From: the human T2T-CHM13v2.0 reference genome, Homo sapiens
Direction: 5' to 3' (one strand)
Length of the DNA stretch: 64,000 nucleotides
Assembly: GCF_009914755.1 (NCBI RefSeq)
Contig: NC_060937.1
In this document: positions 11,255 through 26,067 of the stretch, one piece after another
Layout of the letters: each line of letters opens with the position of its first letter
Numbering within the stretch: the first letter of the stretch is position 1
The notes under the pieces: generated by a model
What the model was told of the DNA's origin: nothing
The model's database searches: none
Seen by the model: the letters and a program-made list of their open reading frames with translations, nothing else
Program-made: the position numbers and the translations under genes

Positions 11255-13143
11255 CTAAAACACGACACAGAGACAGACCATTGGCCATCATCTCACAGCA
11301 CGTCAGAAACATGGCACTCCTGCCCTGCTCGGAAATCTCTAAGGGATCAGCCCAGCCCCTGGCATCAGGCCTCAACCTGGTACCACCCAGTGAGCAGGCA
11401 GGTGCTGGGTGCAGTGCACACACGGTCCCACGCACACAGAACACTGCAGGTTACCAGCTGCACACCCAGGCCCTGGCACCTGCCCCAGTGCCCACAGCCC
11501 CATAGGGCACAGCTGAAGTCCCGCCACATCAGTCTGGCTCCGAAGCCTTGGCCATTCCCCTCTGTGCCACCCTGCCTCCTCGTACTACAATTTCACTTTT
11601 TTTCCATTCTCCTCCACTAGATCATAAACTCCTCCAGGGTAAGAAGAAGATATTATTCTTCTCTGCAACACTTTACACACACAGTAAGTATTCATTAAAT
11701 ATTTGTGGAATGATGTGATGAGTAATAAATCTGGAGTAATTCCCTAGACCTCGAAATACTTTTATAACTTTTGAAGGATTTCTATGCAGATGGTCTGCTT
11801 TGAGACCAAAAAGAGGGAAAGACATTCAATGTCCCAAGTGTTTCTCAAGCTTAGAAACTCTACATTATTTTGATTGTTGAAAAGGTAAAATCTGAACTAA
11901 AATTGTTACTGAGAAAATTCTATTAAAATAAATAAATTAATTAAACTAAATTAAAATAGCCATTTATGAGAGTGCCTCATCCTAAAATTGAGGCTGCTTA
12001 TTTTATTAACTTTTGGTGCAAATTCTAGTACCCTCAAGTTTATTATTTAAATTAATGGGATCTTACCTAATTTGCTTTGGGAAAACATTTTAGTTTATTG
12101 TATCAGGCTGCTGGTTAAAAAAAAAAAACCCATCATTACCTATCAACCTTATAAGAGGACACCGCAAGGGCTGAGGCATGAACAAAGTGCGCTCATTTTG
12201 GTAGTGAATGGTTAAACTCTATCTGCAGCATGGATGTCAAGTTTCCAGTTCCTTGAAAGGCTCCAATAAACCACCAGTTAGGCACGCGGCACTTTTTGGA
12301 TGAGTAACGAATTAGAGAAGCGTGTATGTTGTTCTGCCTCTTACTATCTAAGCTGGAAAGAGACAGGATCATAGCAGGGTTCCATATAATTCTCTCCAAA
12401 AAGGTGAAGATGGAAAGGCTCATCTCCAGGGGTGAGAAGCGCTTGTTTTGGAAATGAACAGTAAGCAGCTGTGCCAGCTCCGTCAGCCTCCTGCATTGGC
12501 TCCAGCGGGGCTGCAGCTGGGGCTCGGGATAGAGGGTTCATTATGCGTTCCTGGCCTTCGGGGACCGGCCCGGCTCCCAGTCAACTCCAGCAAGGTTAGT
12601 AGCCACTTGGGCCAGTCATTTTAAAGGTGAGATTTTGGTAATGGAAAAGGAAGGAAGGGTCTTCCCTCTCAGTTTCAGCTGAATTTGTGCTGAAATTAAT
12701 TTTTATTTGCACAGGTCTAAAAAAATACCTTGTGAAGTCACTCAGAACTTACACAAAGTGTACATTACGATCAGTGTTATGAATGGCATGAAAATGAACG
12801 CTGCTCACTTCTTCTCCCCGGGATTGTTAAATATACTGTATTTCAAACATGCTCTGTTTGGAGATTTCAGTTGCTTTAATTACATTTTAGTACACTCACC
12901 TAGAAAAAATGGAAAATGACCTTTTTCTTTCATGGTTCTTCGGTAAATGAAAAAATTAAACCTGTGACTGAAGGTCTGCCTTTGAAAATCGTCTCGGTCA
13001 TCTGCCCATGTCGAACAGCATCAAATATTCATTGCTAACCATCTTTGAGACTTTGCATTGGAAGGTGTTACGGATCGCGGATGATTAAAAAATAAAGTCA
13101 CAAAGGGGCCAGCAGCCTGCAAAAAAGCAGTGCTCCCACTTAC

Positions 13144-13316
13144 TTGAACATCTCGCTCCTCTCTATGGTGGCGAGCCAAAAGCTGTAAGCGTTTGCGTAG
13201 TAATTGCAGGTCCCACGGCCGTGACACTCGATGAATGGCGCACTTCTAAACTCCTCCAGGCAGGAGCCGGGGGACGCCAGGGCTTGGCCAGAGCCTTCTG
13301 CACCAGCGCTGGTGTG
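13144..13316 (-). CDS. COL4A1: COL4A1 exon 51 (173 nt), NC1
   Basis: tgcag|CACACC...TCAA|gtaagt; [58 protein letters not shown]. Confidence 0.98.
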
Positions 13317-15387
13317 CTGCAGAACAGATGCGAGCCGTGAGTCAGAGGTTCCCTCCCCAAACACCAGGAAAGAGATCGATCCTTCCCAGGAAGGCGCCAG
13401 GGTGTTCCCTCTGGAAAGCCACACACTGCAGCCTCATGTGGTCACCACAGGACACACTCTGTGCCCAAATTATCGGGCTGGCCCGCAAGCCAGTGCCTGC
13501 ATGGCTGGGGCCCCATGGTGCTCAACATGGCCCCAGGGATCGTCTAATGGCTGCTTCCCAAATAGGTGACCAGCCCAGCTTCATTAGAGTTTAAAGAAGA
13601 GCTCACTGTGTATTAGATTTGAAACACTCCAACCCATTCTAACATGGGTCATGAGACAATAGCCAAAATGTTCAAATAATGTTGTAAACAACTGATGTGG
13701 AATCAGACTTTACAAATGCATTCCTGTATTTGCTATATTAGATGCTATTTATCTTATAATAAGGTAAAGAATAATCATTCAATTTTTTTTCTTTAAAAAG
13801 AGAGAAAAACAAGAGAAAGAGAAAAAAATAGCTACTACTATATCAAATTGCATTTTGGTCTAGCAGGTTTAAGTAGGACCTTCCTGTACTCAGAAATCAA
13901 GACCTTAAAATGAATGACATACAAACTTGACTAAGACATTACAACAGAGCCCCGTGACTATTATTTCAGATATAGGAAATGTGAACTCTAGAATTTTGGA
14001 GACACAAGGGACCTTTGAGGACAAGGCTAACTCCACTGATTCCCAGCTGAGGACATTCTCGGATCTGACCAGGATCACATAGCTTCAAGGCGGAGCAGAG
14101 GCAAGGACGGGGTCTCCAGACCTCCAGATCAGAGCCACCGTCCTGAGAACTCAGAGGAGGTGCTGGAAGACACTGTTCTCTAGAACGTCACTATTTTCGT
14201 TTGCTCCTGATTTAGACAAATTATGGGCAATCACTGTTTCAGGCCTTTTGACACCCGGACAAGGGTTGGTGGTGACAACAGCTTTCCTGTGGGTCCTCAA
14301 TGCAACTGTGGGCTTTCTCTGACACACAGAGATTCCACTCAGTATTTCTTATGATTATGGAGTGGCGAATCCAATCTACCTTTTAATGAACATGGCAAGC
14401 TTACATCATTGTTAGTGTCCTGATTTCTCTATACAGCATTTTCAACCTTTCTGGCTCTCTCGATAAAGTAGTTACAATGCAGCACTTCGAATTATTGCAA
14501 CAACCTGTTAATCTGGTGGTTGCAACATGAAGAGTGTAGCTGCAGTACAATCAACCCAGCAAATCATACAATCAAACTTGTACACGTGCACGAACATTTT
14601 AAAAATTGCTTTCCTGCCAACTTTTTCTACACTTGGAAAAATGTGTAGAAAAGCACAAGAAAAAACCAGTAGAAGGAAATGGCAATGGTGGGCGCCTCGC
14701 ACACAGCACGTCTGGAAGGTGGAACAGAGACCCTCCACACGGCTGGGGCGCAGGGCAGACGCCACACCATCCGTGAGTTACCTTGTTATCTACCCTCAGC
14801 GTCCTCACTCAAACATTAAAAAAATGCTTTCCCGCCAATTTTTTCTACAATTGGAATAATTTACAGAAGAAAATAGCTATGAAGCCTGTCAATCAGATAA
14901 TAAATAATGTTCATCTGTGGGTCAAATGTACAACTTGCCCATTCCTGACAGTATGAAGATGGGACTAGGACTTCCAATGATGGTGCCGATGTATGTGTAG
15001 GGTCATTTACTGGGAATTGGCAAATTCCGGGATAACTCTGATCTTACAAGTTCACGGCTTGTATATATTCAATCAATACTGCCAACTGGGGTAATAGAAT
15101 AAAATAAGCTACAATGAGTGTATCAAACAGGGGCCTTGTTTTCTGTTTCAGCTGGCTTTTGCGGGAAAGGGAAGCCCTGGGGCTAGGAGAGCAGTCCTTG
15201 CCCTGTGGGAAGGGTCCCAGGTGGCACTGCCCCAGGAGGGCCTTCGTGGAGGCCACGGCCAGCCCTCGGGTGTTCTCTCCCTAACTCAAGCTTCTGCTTT
15301 CAAGCTCGTGCATGCTGTAGTAGAATGTGTACTCCCCACGTGGAGGCTCTCTTCCTCCTTTCCCTGAAAGAGGCCTCCACTCCATGT

Positions 15388-15795
15388 AAAGAGGCTGGTC
15401 ATATAGAGAAGTTGGTCACATGGAGAAGCTGCTCATATAGAGAAACCGGTCATATACAGAAGCTGCTCATAGAGAGAAGCTGGTCATACAGAGAAGCTAG
15501 TCATATGGAGAAGCTGGTCATACAGAGAAGCTAGTCATATGGAGAAGCTGGTCATACAGAGAAGCTAGTCATATGGAGAAGCTGGTCATACAGAGAAGCT
15601 AGTCATATGGAGAAGCTGGTCATATAGAGAAGCTGCTCAAAGATGGAAGCTGGTCATATAGAGAAACTGGTCATATGAACAAGCTGGTCATACAGAGAAG
15701 CTAGTCATATGGAGAAGCTGGTCATATGAAGAAGCTGCTCATATAGGGAAGCTGGTTGTATGGAGAAGCTGGTTGTATAGAGAAGCTGTTCATAT
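15388..15795 (+). repeat. 17-bp minisatellite (~24 copies) with 34-bp higher-order core, intron 50
   Basis: ggagaagctggtcatac alternating with agagaagctagtcatat. Confidence 0.93.
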
Positions 15796-16126
15796 TGCTG
15801 GTGCTGGAACAGACCCGTAGAGCACCTGAGTGGAGCAGCCACAGGGAAGCAGAGGCCTGGGCCTGCATTTCCAGGAAGATGCTCATCCCAGCTACCTTGG
15901 CTGTGAGCAGGGGAGGGTTCTGGCTGGTGCTGGAGACCCCTGCTGTCACCAGGCAGGGCAGGCCAGGCTTCGAGGCATGCTTTGGAAGGGGACGGTTGGA
16001 GGAAGAAGGAGGGGCTTAAGCAGCGAGATGCAGAGAACTCCAAGGTGTGGAGGCACCAGACAGAGGCGACTATGGGGCGTGAGTGGGGCTCTTCCCGGGA
16101 AATATGGCGTCTCCCCAGACACTTAC

Positions 16127-16241
16127 CATCACAAAAGAGTAGCCGATCCACAGCGAGGACCACCCGCTGGGGCACGGTGGGATCTGAATGGTCTGGCTGT
16201 GCACGGCCATCACCATGGCAGGCGCCTCACACACAGCACAC
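16127..16241 (-). CDS. COL4A1: COL4A1 exon 50 (115 nt), NC1
   Basis: tccag|GTGTGC...GATG|gtaagt; [38 protein letters not shown]. Confidence 0.98.
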
Positions 16242-16390
16242 CTGGAAGTGGAGCAGAGACACTCAGCACAGCCGGGGTGCAGGGCAGAGGCCGCCCTCCA
16301 TGCACTGCCCCGTTACCTACACTCAACATCCTCACTCAGTCTTTCTGGTCCAATTACATATTAAGTAGAAAACATTGTGCCCATTGCTTA

Positions 16391-16935
<545 letters not shown>

Positions 16936-19583
16936 TAGATCCAACACGAGTTATTTAACTGTCTGTCTTGTAGAAGGGGAAAATAGGAAGGCAAAGCTCT
17001 AACAGTGGCTCTCCTGGAGGGGCTGGGGTTACAGGCAACTTTTCTTCTTTGGGCATTTGAGTGTTTTCCAATCTTTCAACAATGCATACGTATTTCCACA
17101 AGCACAATAAATGCTTCAGAAAAAATGCTGGTGAAATCCAAGAGCTACTCCTTCTGGAATGCAACAGTTTGAAGCTATTAATAATCTTTAGTATAAGAAA
17201 TGCACTTAGTGAGTTGAGTAACTAAGACAAATAATGCATGCTTTAATGAACTTAAGGCTGAATGTCCACATGGGCCTCCTGCGGGAAACTTGTCTTTTTG
17301 GTCTGCCCTCTTGGCTCAGCTGTCCAAGGTCCAAGGCTGTCAGCATCCACTGCCGCTGAAGTGACCTCCAGAGGACCCTCCCAAGGACAGGATGCCTCCC
17401 AAGCCAGGCTGATTCAGCTCAGCCTTGGGACTGCACCAGAAACACATTAAAACAGCACAGTGTTCTGACTAAGACCCTCTCAATGAAGGGAACCCTTGAT
17501 GGTGGGATAATGCTTTGTTTAAAAAAAAATTAAACGCCAACAGTGAATAATTACATTCAAGTCACAAAATGAACAGAGTGTTAACAATGCTGATAAATGA
17601 CTATAAATGGTGTCAATAATTACACCTAGTTATACTGGGACATTTGCATGAACGTGGATCAGAAGGGGGAATAGGGCTGAATGAGTCATTTGATTTTCCA
17701 TGGACTTGTGTGTGTGTCTGTCTGTGTGTGTGTGTATGTGTGGTGTGTGCAATTTTCTATTTTATTCACCCAAATGCAGATGAATTAAAAGGTTCAGTTA
17801 AACAACAGTGACTGAAATTGGCCTTATACATCTGCCACCATCTGTTTGCTAGACACGAGACCTAGAAATACAGCCTGGAGGGAAGGGTTTTGTCTTTTTC
17901 AGACTGTCTCTGGGCTGAGGGATTCAAGGGTCCTGCCCCATTGCAGGCTTAAAGAGCTGTGTGATTCCTTAAAATTCACATGGCCAAATTCTCCATATTG
18001 CATATGAAGAAACTAAGGCCAGGGTTAGCTGTGTCCAAGACAGAACGAAAATGCAGTTCTCCTTGCTCTCAATCCAGCGGTCTTTTCGTCAGAGCAATTA
18101 GCAATCAGTATTTATTTCGTGAGTCTTGTCTGCAGAAAGCTAGAAAGTACTTAGAAAATTGTGCCCTACTATCGGATGAAAGCTGGAAAACTGCCACCTT
18201 TTCTGCTCAAAACGAAGGCTTTTGTGTCATTTGCTGTTTCTAAAATTTAGCTTTCGGACCTCCCTAAAGGGAAGAGCTGAGAAGGAACCTGTAAGTCCTG
18301 AGAAGTCGTGGAAACCACTAAGTTCAGTAACCGTGGAAACCTGCTTGCTCAGAGACAGGGACAAAGGGGCAGCCTCTCTACGAGAGGGAAGTAGAGGCAG
18401 ACTTGATGCAAAAGCAGCAGCTTCAAGTACATGCCTGGGAAGGTCCCTTCATGCTGAGCTTCGATGTGTCAACTAACAGGAAGACATAAAAATCTGGAAA
18501 TGTAAAGTCCTGGGACATTTCAGGACTTTCTGGTCCAATGACATGTTAAGTGGGAAATGCTGTGCCCCATTGCTTAGACTCTAAGGTTTAGCACCTCCCC
18601 GTTGGCTTTAGAAGCTCATCTCAGGATCAAAACATACAGAGACTTAGACTCTTGGTGCTCAAAGACCAGGGGTGTTTTACTGAGAGGAATGCATCACACA
18701 GAAATGCTGGTCTCAGACACACAGCTTCTCTGAGACCTGTTTTTGGACTACCACCAGGGCATGCCAGAGCTCCTGTCAAGGAGCTCTGAATCAAGGTCAA
18801 ATGTCAACATTGCCAAGAAAGTAAACAGGAAACCTATCAATGAATAGTCTTTTTCTACCTGTTGTGTAAAAGAAGCTAAAAAAAGAAACCCACAAAAGTT
18901 GTTACTTTTCCTTCTAGTTATCAGGCATGGTTCTGAGCAAGAAAAGTCTCAAAACAGTCAATATCTGGCAGCCACTCACACAGGTGAAGTATTGCCTGCA
19001 TTCTGAAAAGTGCCATTCTGGAAGTGTAATGAATGATATTCTCCATTTTAAGACCTATAAAATAAGTTTTCTTATAGCTCAAAAAAAATCAAAGAAAACT
19101 GTCAGTAGATATTTTAATGTAAGGGGATCAAAGATCTAAGATTTTCCTACATAGGAGGCACCTTCCAGCCCTCTGGTCCATGGTCCCACGTGGCATAGCT
19201 CTCTCACTAAATTGTCATCTGCCAGGAATTGCCTGGCACGTAACCCTGGTCTTCCCCCAAACAGGGCATGTTCATCTAATGAAAGGAGTTGGGCTAAAGG
19301 CACAGCCTGGGGCAGCTGGGCAGGAGCTCCAGGGGTGACTCCAAGCATTTGCTTCCCTTTTCCCTTTTCTGTTGAATGTAGGGCACTTCCTACCTGATAC
19401 TGCTACATCTTTCTTCATATTCAAAGACTGCTGATTTCTTTAAAGGGAATATAAAAAACTTTGTATCTTTTTTTATCATTATCTTAATATGTAAAAAGTA
19501 AAATTACGGAATAGCTTCTTAGTCAAATGAATTTGTTCACTGGCCACTTTCCTATTATTTCTGAATATTTCTAAGAAATAAAC

Positions 19584-19885
<302 letters not shown>

Positions 19886-20248
19886 AGCAATAAACTTTTA
19901 ATTAGAAGGAAAGAGGCAAAGAGAGGACAGTCATGTTATTTTCAGTGGTAATAATTTCAGTTTTCCATCTTACTTCCTATCAGGGAGGCTCCTGGGGCCT
20001 GAAAACGTACTTCAGATATTAGTGCGGATAAACACTCAAGGGAGATCGCTCAGTCCAACACATGCATTTTCGATGGGTACAATATCACCCAAGGGAGCAA
20101 AAATTGGTGGAACTGGGAGTGTGTGTATTATTGTATAACTTTTTATGTATAAATCTGTATAATTTTATGTATAAAGCACAGATATACATACAATACACAA
20201 ACAGAGGAGATACACAGTATGTCTGCGGTATTACGATTTCATAGGGGC

Positions 20249-20993
20249 CCCCTCACACCCATTGGGATGGCTACTATCAAAAACGCAGAAAACAACGCAT
20301 GCTGGTGAGGACGTGGAGCAACTGGGACCCTGTGCGCTGTGGCAGGAATGTAAAGGGTGTGGCCACTGTGGAAAACAGCATGGAGGTTTCTCAAATAACT
20401 AAAAATAGAATTACCACATGATCCCACAATTCTACTTCTGGGTGTACCTCCAGAACAATTAAAAGCAGGCTCTCAAAGAAATTTTTTCACACCCATGTTC
20501 ATAGCAGCATTGTTCACAATAGCTGAGGTGTGGACAAAACCTAAGTGTCCAGTGACAGAGGAATGGAGAAACAAAACGTGGCACCTATGCACAATGAAAT
20601 ATTATTTGGCCCTAAGTAGGAAAGAAATCCTATCACATGCTATAATATAGATGAACCCTGAGGACATTATGCTGAGTGAAACAGGCCAGTGACAAAAGGA
20701 AAAATACTGTATGATTCCACTTACATGAGGTGTCTACGGGGGTCAAATTCACAGGGACAGAAAGTAGAATGGGGGGTCACCAGAGGCTGGCAGGAGGGAT
20801 GTGGAGTCAGTGTTTAACAGGGACAGAGTTTGAGTTTGGGAAAATAAAAAAGTTCAGGAGACGGATGGCGGTGATGGTTAAACAACACTGCAAATGTACT
20901 TAATGCCACTACACTGTGCACTGAAAAATTATTAAGATGGTAAATGTTATGTTATGTCCATTTTACCAAAATTAAAAATAACTTTTAAAAAAA
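20249..20993 (+). mobile_element. L1MB-like 3' fragment
   Basis: L1M ORF2-end/3'UTR motifs; 11-bp TSD ttcataggggc at 20238-20248 and 20994-21004. Confidence 0.88.
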
Positions 20994-21224
20994 TTCATAG
21001 GGGCAGGGATGATTCAGAAAACAATGTCTTAAAAGGCTCCTTGGGGAAGCTGTTACTTTTTAAAAAGAAAGATTGAGCAACACTGTTCCAACGCTTGCTG
21101 AAGAATCGAGTGGCATCACCTTGCTCACAGGAGGAAAGGCAACCACCACAGTGAGTCAGGCAAAATATAAATTATCTCTGCAAGCCTGGCATTATCTCAC
21201 CATGGTTTTGCACCACAATTTTAA

Positions 21225-21554
<330 letters not shown>

Positions 21555-21718
21555 TAATTTTTATGGTAGATTTCCATTACAAAACTCGAATATCACAAAT
21601 AATAAGCTAAATGGCAATGGATTCAACGTTTTGGAGAAAAATAGAAAACATATGCTTGTCCAGACTAGAGACTTTTCCTCTTCAATTTTGCATTTGTTCC
21701 TACAGATGCTCGACTCAC

Positions 21719-21896
21719 CTACTAATAAATGGTCTTATGTTTTCCCCCGTGATGGGTGCCATTGACATGGGCATGGGCTCAGGGGTGGACAGCCAGTACG
21801 AGTAGTCATTTCGTGATGCAAAGTTGCACACGTTGTTAATATTGCAGAACAGGAAGGGCATTGTGCTGAACTTGCGCAGGCAGCTGCCGGCCGTGC
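21719..21896 (-). CDS. COL4A1: COL4A1 exon 49 (178 nt), NC1
   Basis: tctag|GCACGG...GTAG|gtgagt; [60 protein letters not shown]. Confidence 0.98.
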
Positions 21897-22756
21897 CTAG
21901 ACAAGGAAGAAGACAATGTGAGATGTTTCCTTTATAATTCACAATCTATCTCTATGTAAAGTGGATTTCAGCTGGACAACAAGCAAAAACATATAATCAA
22001 CATAATCACTGAAATGGAAATGTATAAAGGATTATGTAGGACATTTTTGATGAAAGGAAACAAAACCAGTTTACCAGCACAAAGAAACCTTTTCCTAAAG
22101 CTGAATTCTAGAAGGAACTTAACACATGGTTCGTTATACGATGGATAGTAACAAATTGGGCAATGTCTTTCACAACAGTTTTGCAGAAAATGCAGATGCT
22201 CTTTCTATAGCAGCTTGCTGATTCTAACCCTGATAAAAGTTAAAGGCAGAGAAAATTAAAACACAGTTTGGTGGAGGATATCTGGGTCAGATTAAGATAA
22301 TGAGGACAGATATGTAGCTTTCTGCTGATCTAAACTAGAGGAGCAGAGCTCAGCAGCTGTAGAGAATTTCAGACAGGATAACATGGACCTTTTTTTTTAC
22401 AAAGAGCAATGGTTAAGCCGCATCAATGCAAATTGTTAAGTGCACTCCAGGAATCTTGATCCTACTTGATAATTTGAAGATGAGATCTAAAGTTTTATTA
22501 ATTTAAAGATTTTCGAAGATTCAGTCTCCACATTTCTTGGCTTGCCATTAGTAATACAGCAGCTGTTGAACCGATTATTTGTAATCAATGGAGGGAAATG
22601 GGGCCGGGCTGCTTTTTCACTGGCTACCGCCCTCATGGCGCAGTGTTTCACTCGCTACTGCCCTCACTGCAGCAGCAGAGGCGAGTCCAGCACTGCACAC
22701 CGAAGGCACTCAACACACCTACACTGAATGAATGCATGGATCTGCAGGCTTCTTAC

Positions 22757-22969
22757 CCAAGTCCTGGCCATGGGCCCGTTCATTGCCTTGCACGTAGAGC
22801 AAAGAGTACCCGTGGTAAAGAATTTTGGTCCCAGAAGGACACTGTGGGTCATCTATTGTTTGACTATGCCTGGTCACAAGGAAGCCGTGATCAACAGATG
22901 GGGTGCCTGGGGGCCCCATGGATCCTGGCAACCCATCGGGGCCTGGTGGACCTGGAAATCCTCTTGGAC
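22757..22969 (-). CDS. COL4A1: COL4A1 exon 48 (213 nt), helix/NC1 junction
   Basis: tccag|GTCCAA...TTGG|gtaaga; ...[53 protein letters not shown]. Confidence 0.98.
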
Positions 22970-23989
22970 CTGGAAGATAGGAGACAAATTAGTTTCCCTA
23001 ATTACAAACACGCTCCCCTAAAGGCTTTCAAAATCATTTTCTCCAAAGAGTTTTTAATATTTTATATTTCCACAAAGTATCCTACCTATTCATGTTACCA
23101 AAAAAGTCTAAAAAGAATGCATGGCTAACTAAATACAGCAGCCTACCTCCTTCATGGTGTCTTAACTTTTTCTTTTTACCTGCCACCTCAAGATATTTTT
23201 ATAAGCACAGTTCTCGGTGCAGAGCAGATGCTTGAACAATTTAGTTCAATGAATATATGACACATATGAAAATGGATATATGAATAAATGAAAATAAATG
23301 AATGACGTGACTCTGTGCATGTCATTCACACGGAATCGTGGGGCTCCTGTTGGGGAGGACTATCATAGAATTATTAAACAACCTCATCTTAAGGTGTTTC
23401 TTCCTCCATAGCAGCCCAAAGCCTGCGTATGGAAATGGAGCAGTAAGGGACCTCGCAGGCAAGGCCTGCTTCTGTCCCCTCTCTAACTGTGCCACGTGCC
23501 AAACTGTGCCCAGGTCTGCTGGGCTGAGCTCTTTGTTCAATTAGTCAGTGGCCTCAGCCTTTTGCATCATAGCCTTCACCGGACACTCGAGTGTGCCTTC
23601 TCCTAAGGAAGCAGATCAAGTTCATCCCATGCCTTTGGGCCAATGCTGGCATTATTTTCATTTCTACTTCCCTTGTCCTTTGCTGAAATAGAATTTTCAC
23701 AGCTGCAGCTCACATCCCACTTAGGAAACCACATGGGCCACCACTATTGGCTGCCTTTCAACAACATCTGGGAAACGTACACTTTGATCAATATCTGTCT
23801 CTACACAGAAAAAAGAACACTTCTTCAGCTCTTCTATTTGATTCTATTTCTTCTAAGAAACAGACTTCTTCGGAAATCTGTCAAGTGATATATCCAACTT
23901 CATTCTGCTGTTTCCCCATGCCTGGTTCTGCTCCTTCTATCCCAAAGATCCTGGTCAAGGGTAATTACGTTGGAAGTTTCGCAACCTAC

Positions 23990-24088
23990 CAGTAGGCCCG
24001 GCAGGTCCCATCTCTCCTTTCTGGCCAGGGGCACCGTCAAACCCAGGAATACCTGGAGGTCCAGGTATACCCACCAATCCTGTAACAC
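23990..24088 (-). CDS. COL4A1: COL4A1 exon 47 (99 nt)
   Basis: ctcag|GTGTTA...ACTG|gtaggt; GVTGLVGIPGPPGIPGFDGAPGQKGEMGPAGPT. Confidence 0.96.
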
Positions 24089-24208
24089 CTGAGGCAGAGG
24101 AAAAATAATTTATGATCCTGTATGGCAGTAAGCTGTATCTCTTTCTTCCCTTCTTAAATGTCCTTTTCAGTGTTCAAGGAGCCAAGCATAAAGTCTCACT
24201 GCAGATGA

Positions 24209-24821
<613 letters not shown>

Positions 24822-25389
24822 TAGCTTATTCTTAAGTATCATTAAATTTTCTTTGATGCTTTCAACTTTAAAATGTTTTCATTCTCCTTTACTTCCCACC
24901 CACTCCTTATCAGTAGCTCTTCAAATAGGAGATGTTTCACTCAAATAAGCAGAAGACTATGTTAGGGTTTCAGGAAATAACAGAGAATTGTACAGACAGT
25001 GCCAATCAGGCAGCGCTCCTGGGGGCATGGATGGAGAGCACCGATTTTTACCATTCCAGATTGCTACATGCCACCCCCATCTGGAGCAGGAGGCAGGAGG
25101 GGGAAAGGTAATGATCTGGTTCTTTGAGCCCATGTTTTTCTAACTGAACACAGATGTGTTGTTATGTGTTCCTCTAGCTTTTCCTGGGTTTTCTTCTGGA
25201 TTTTTTTTAGGTCCCTTTAAAAATGTCATAGGTTTTGATATGCATTGAAGGGAGGTAAGAAACTCATATTCATATGTGTGTGTATAATCATTACCCAGAA
25301 ACTTATTTTAGATACATGGGTGAGGAGGAACTCTGACCACTGCCCCTCTGGCCTCCCCATACCGCCCTGCACAGGCCAAGCCTTCTCAC

Positions 25390-25518
25390 CTTGCTGGCCT
25401 TTCGGGCCTGGCAGTCCCTGAAGCCCTTTCAGCCCTGGGGGGCCCTCAGGACCAGGGAGCCCGGGCTCCCCTTTGATGATGTCGTAAGGACCTGGGGGGC
25501 CAGGAGGACCCGGGAGAC
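25390..25518 (-). CDS. COL4A1: COL4A1 exon 46 (129 nt)
   Basis: cacag|GTCTCC...CAAG|gtgaga; [20 protein letters not shown]...GPKGQQ. Confidence 0.97.
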
Positions 25519-26067
25519 CTGTGGGAATAGGGAAGGCATTGATCAATTTCACTGTCCACATACTGGGGCGGAAACAACTTTAGAAGGAGAATCCCGGGTG
25601 AAGCTATCCAAATGGAACGTACTTCTCAAAGGTAAAGTCATTATCAAAACCCAGGTAATCAGATCTTCACAAAACATGTCCAATCTGCACATCTTTATTA
25701 TTTAACCTGAAATCCTGAACTCTCGGGCAAAGGCATTGGGGCATCAGCGTAACTTCCCACTGCATTCTGGGCTCTGGGACCCCTGACAACTGCCCTGCAG
25801 CCTCATGCCAGCCCTCCCAGCAGGGAGAGAAGCTTGTTCTTCCCAAGCAGCCCCCGCTTCTGACGTGGAGAGTGCCACTCTGCGATTAGGACATTTTTCC
25901 CACACTCATCTGAAACCTGCCTTACTGTATAGTATCACACTGGTCCTGATCTTTGAGTGACGAATGAACTTAATCCTTCTTCTGCATGGCAAGTCTTGGC
26001 ATGTGGTAAGAACCACACAAAGTGCGAGTTCCCCTCAGCCTCCCCGTTTTCAGCCCAATACCCTCAA

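Noticed and set aside
14672-14711. TIAI in the decoy exon resembling the AIAIA motif of COL4A2/COL4A3, suggesting a paralog origin
   Set aside because: The flanking intron sequence matches COL4A1 intron 49 directly; the few-residue resemblance lies at the edge of the alignment and is probably chance.
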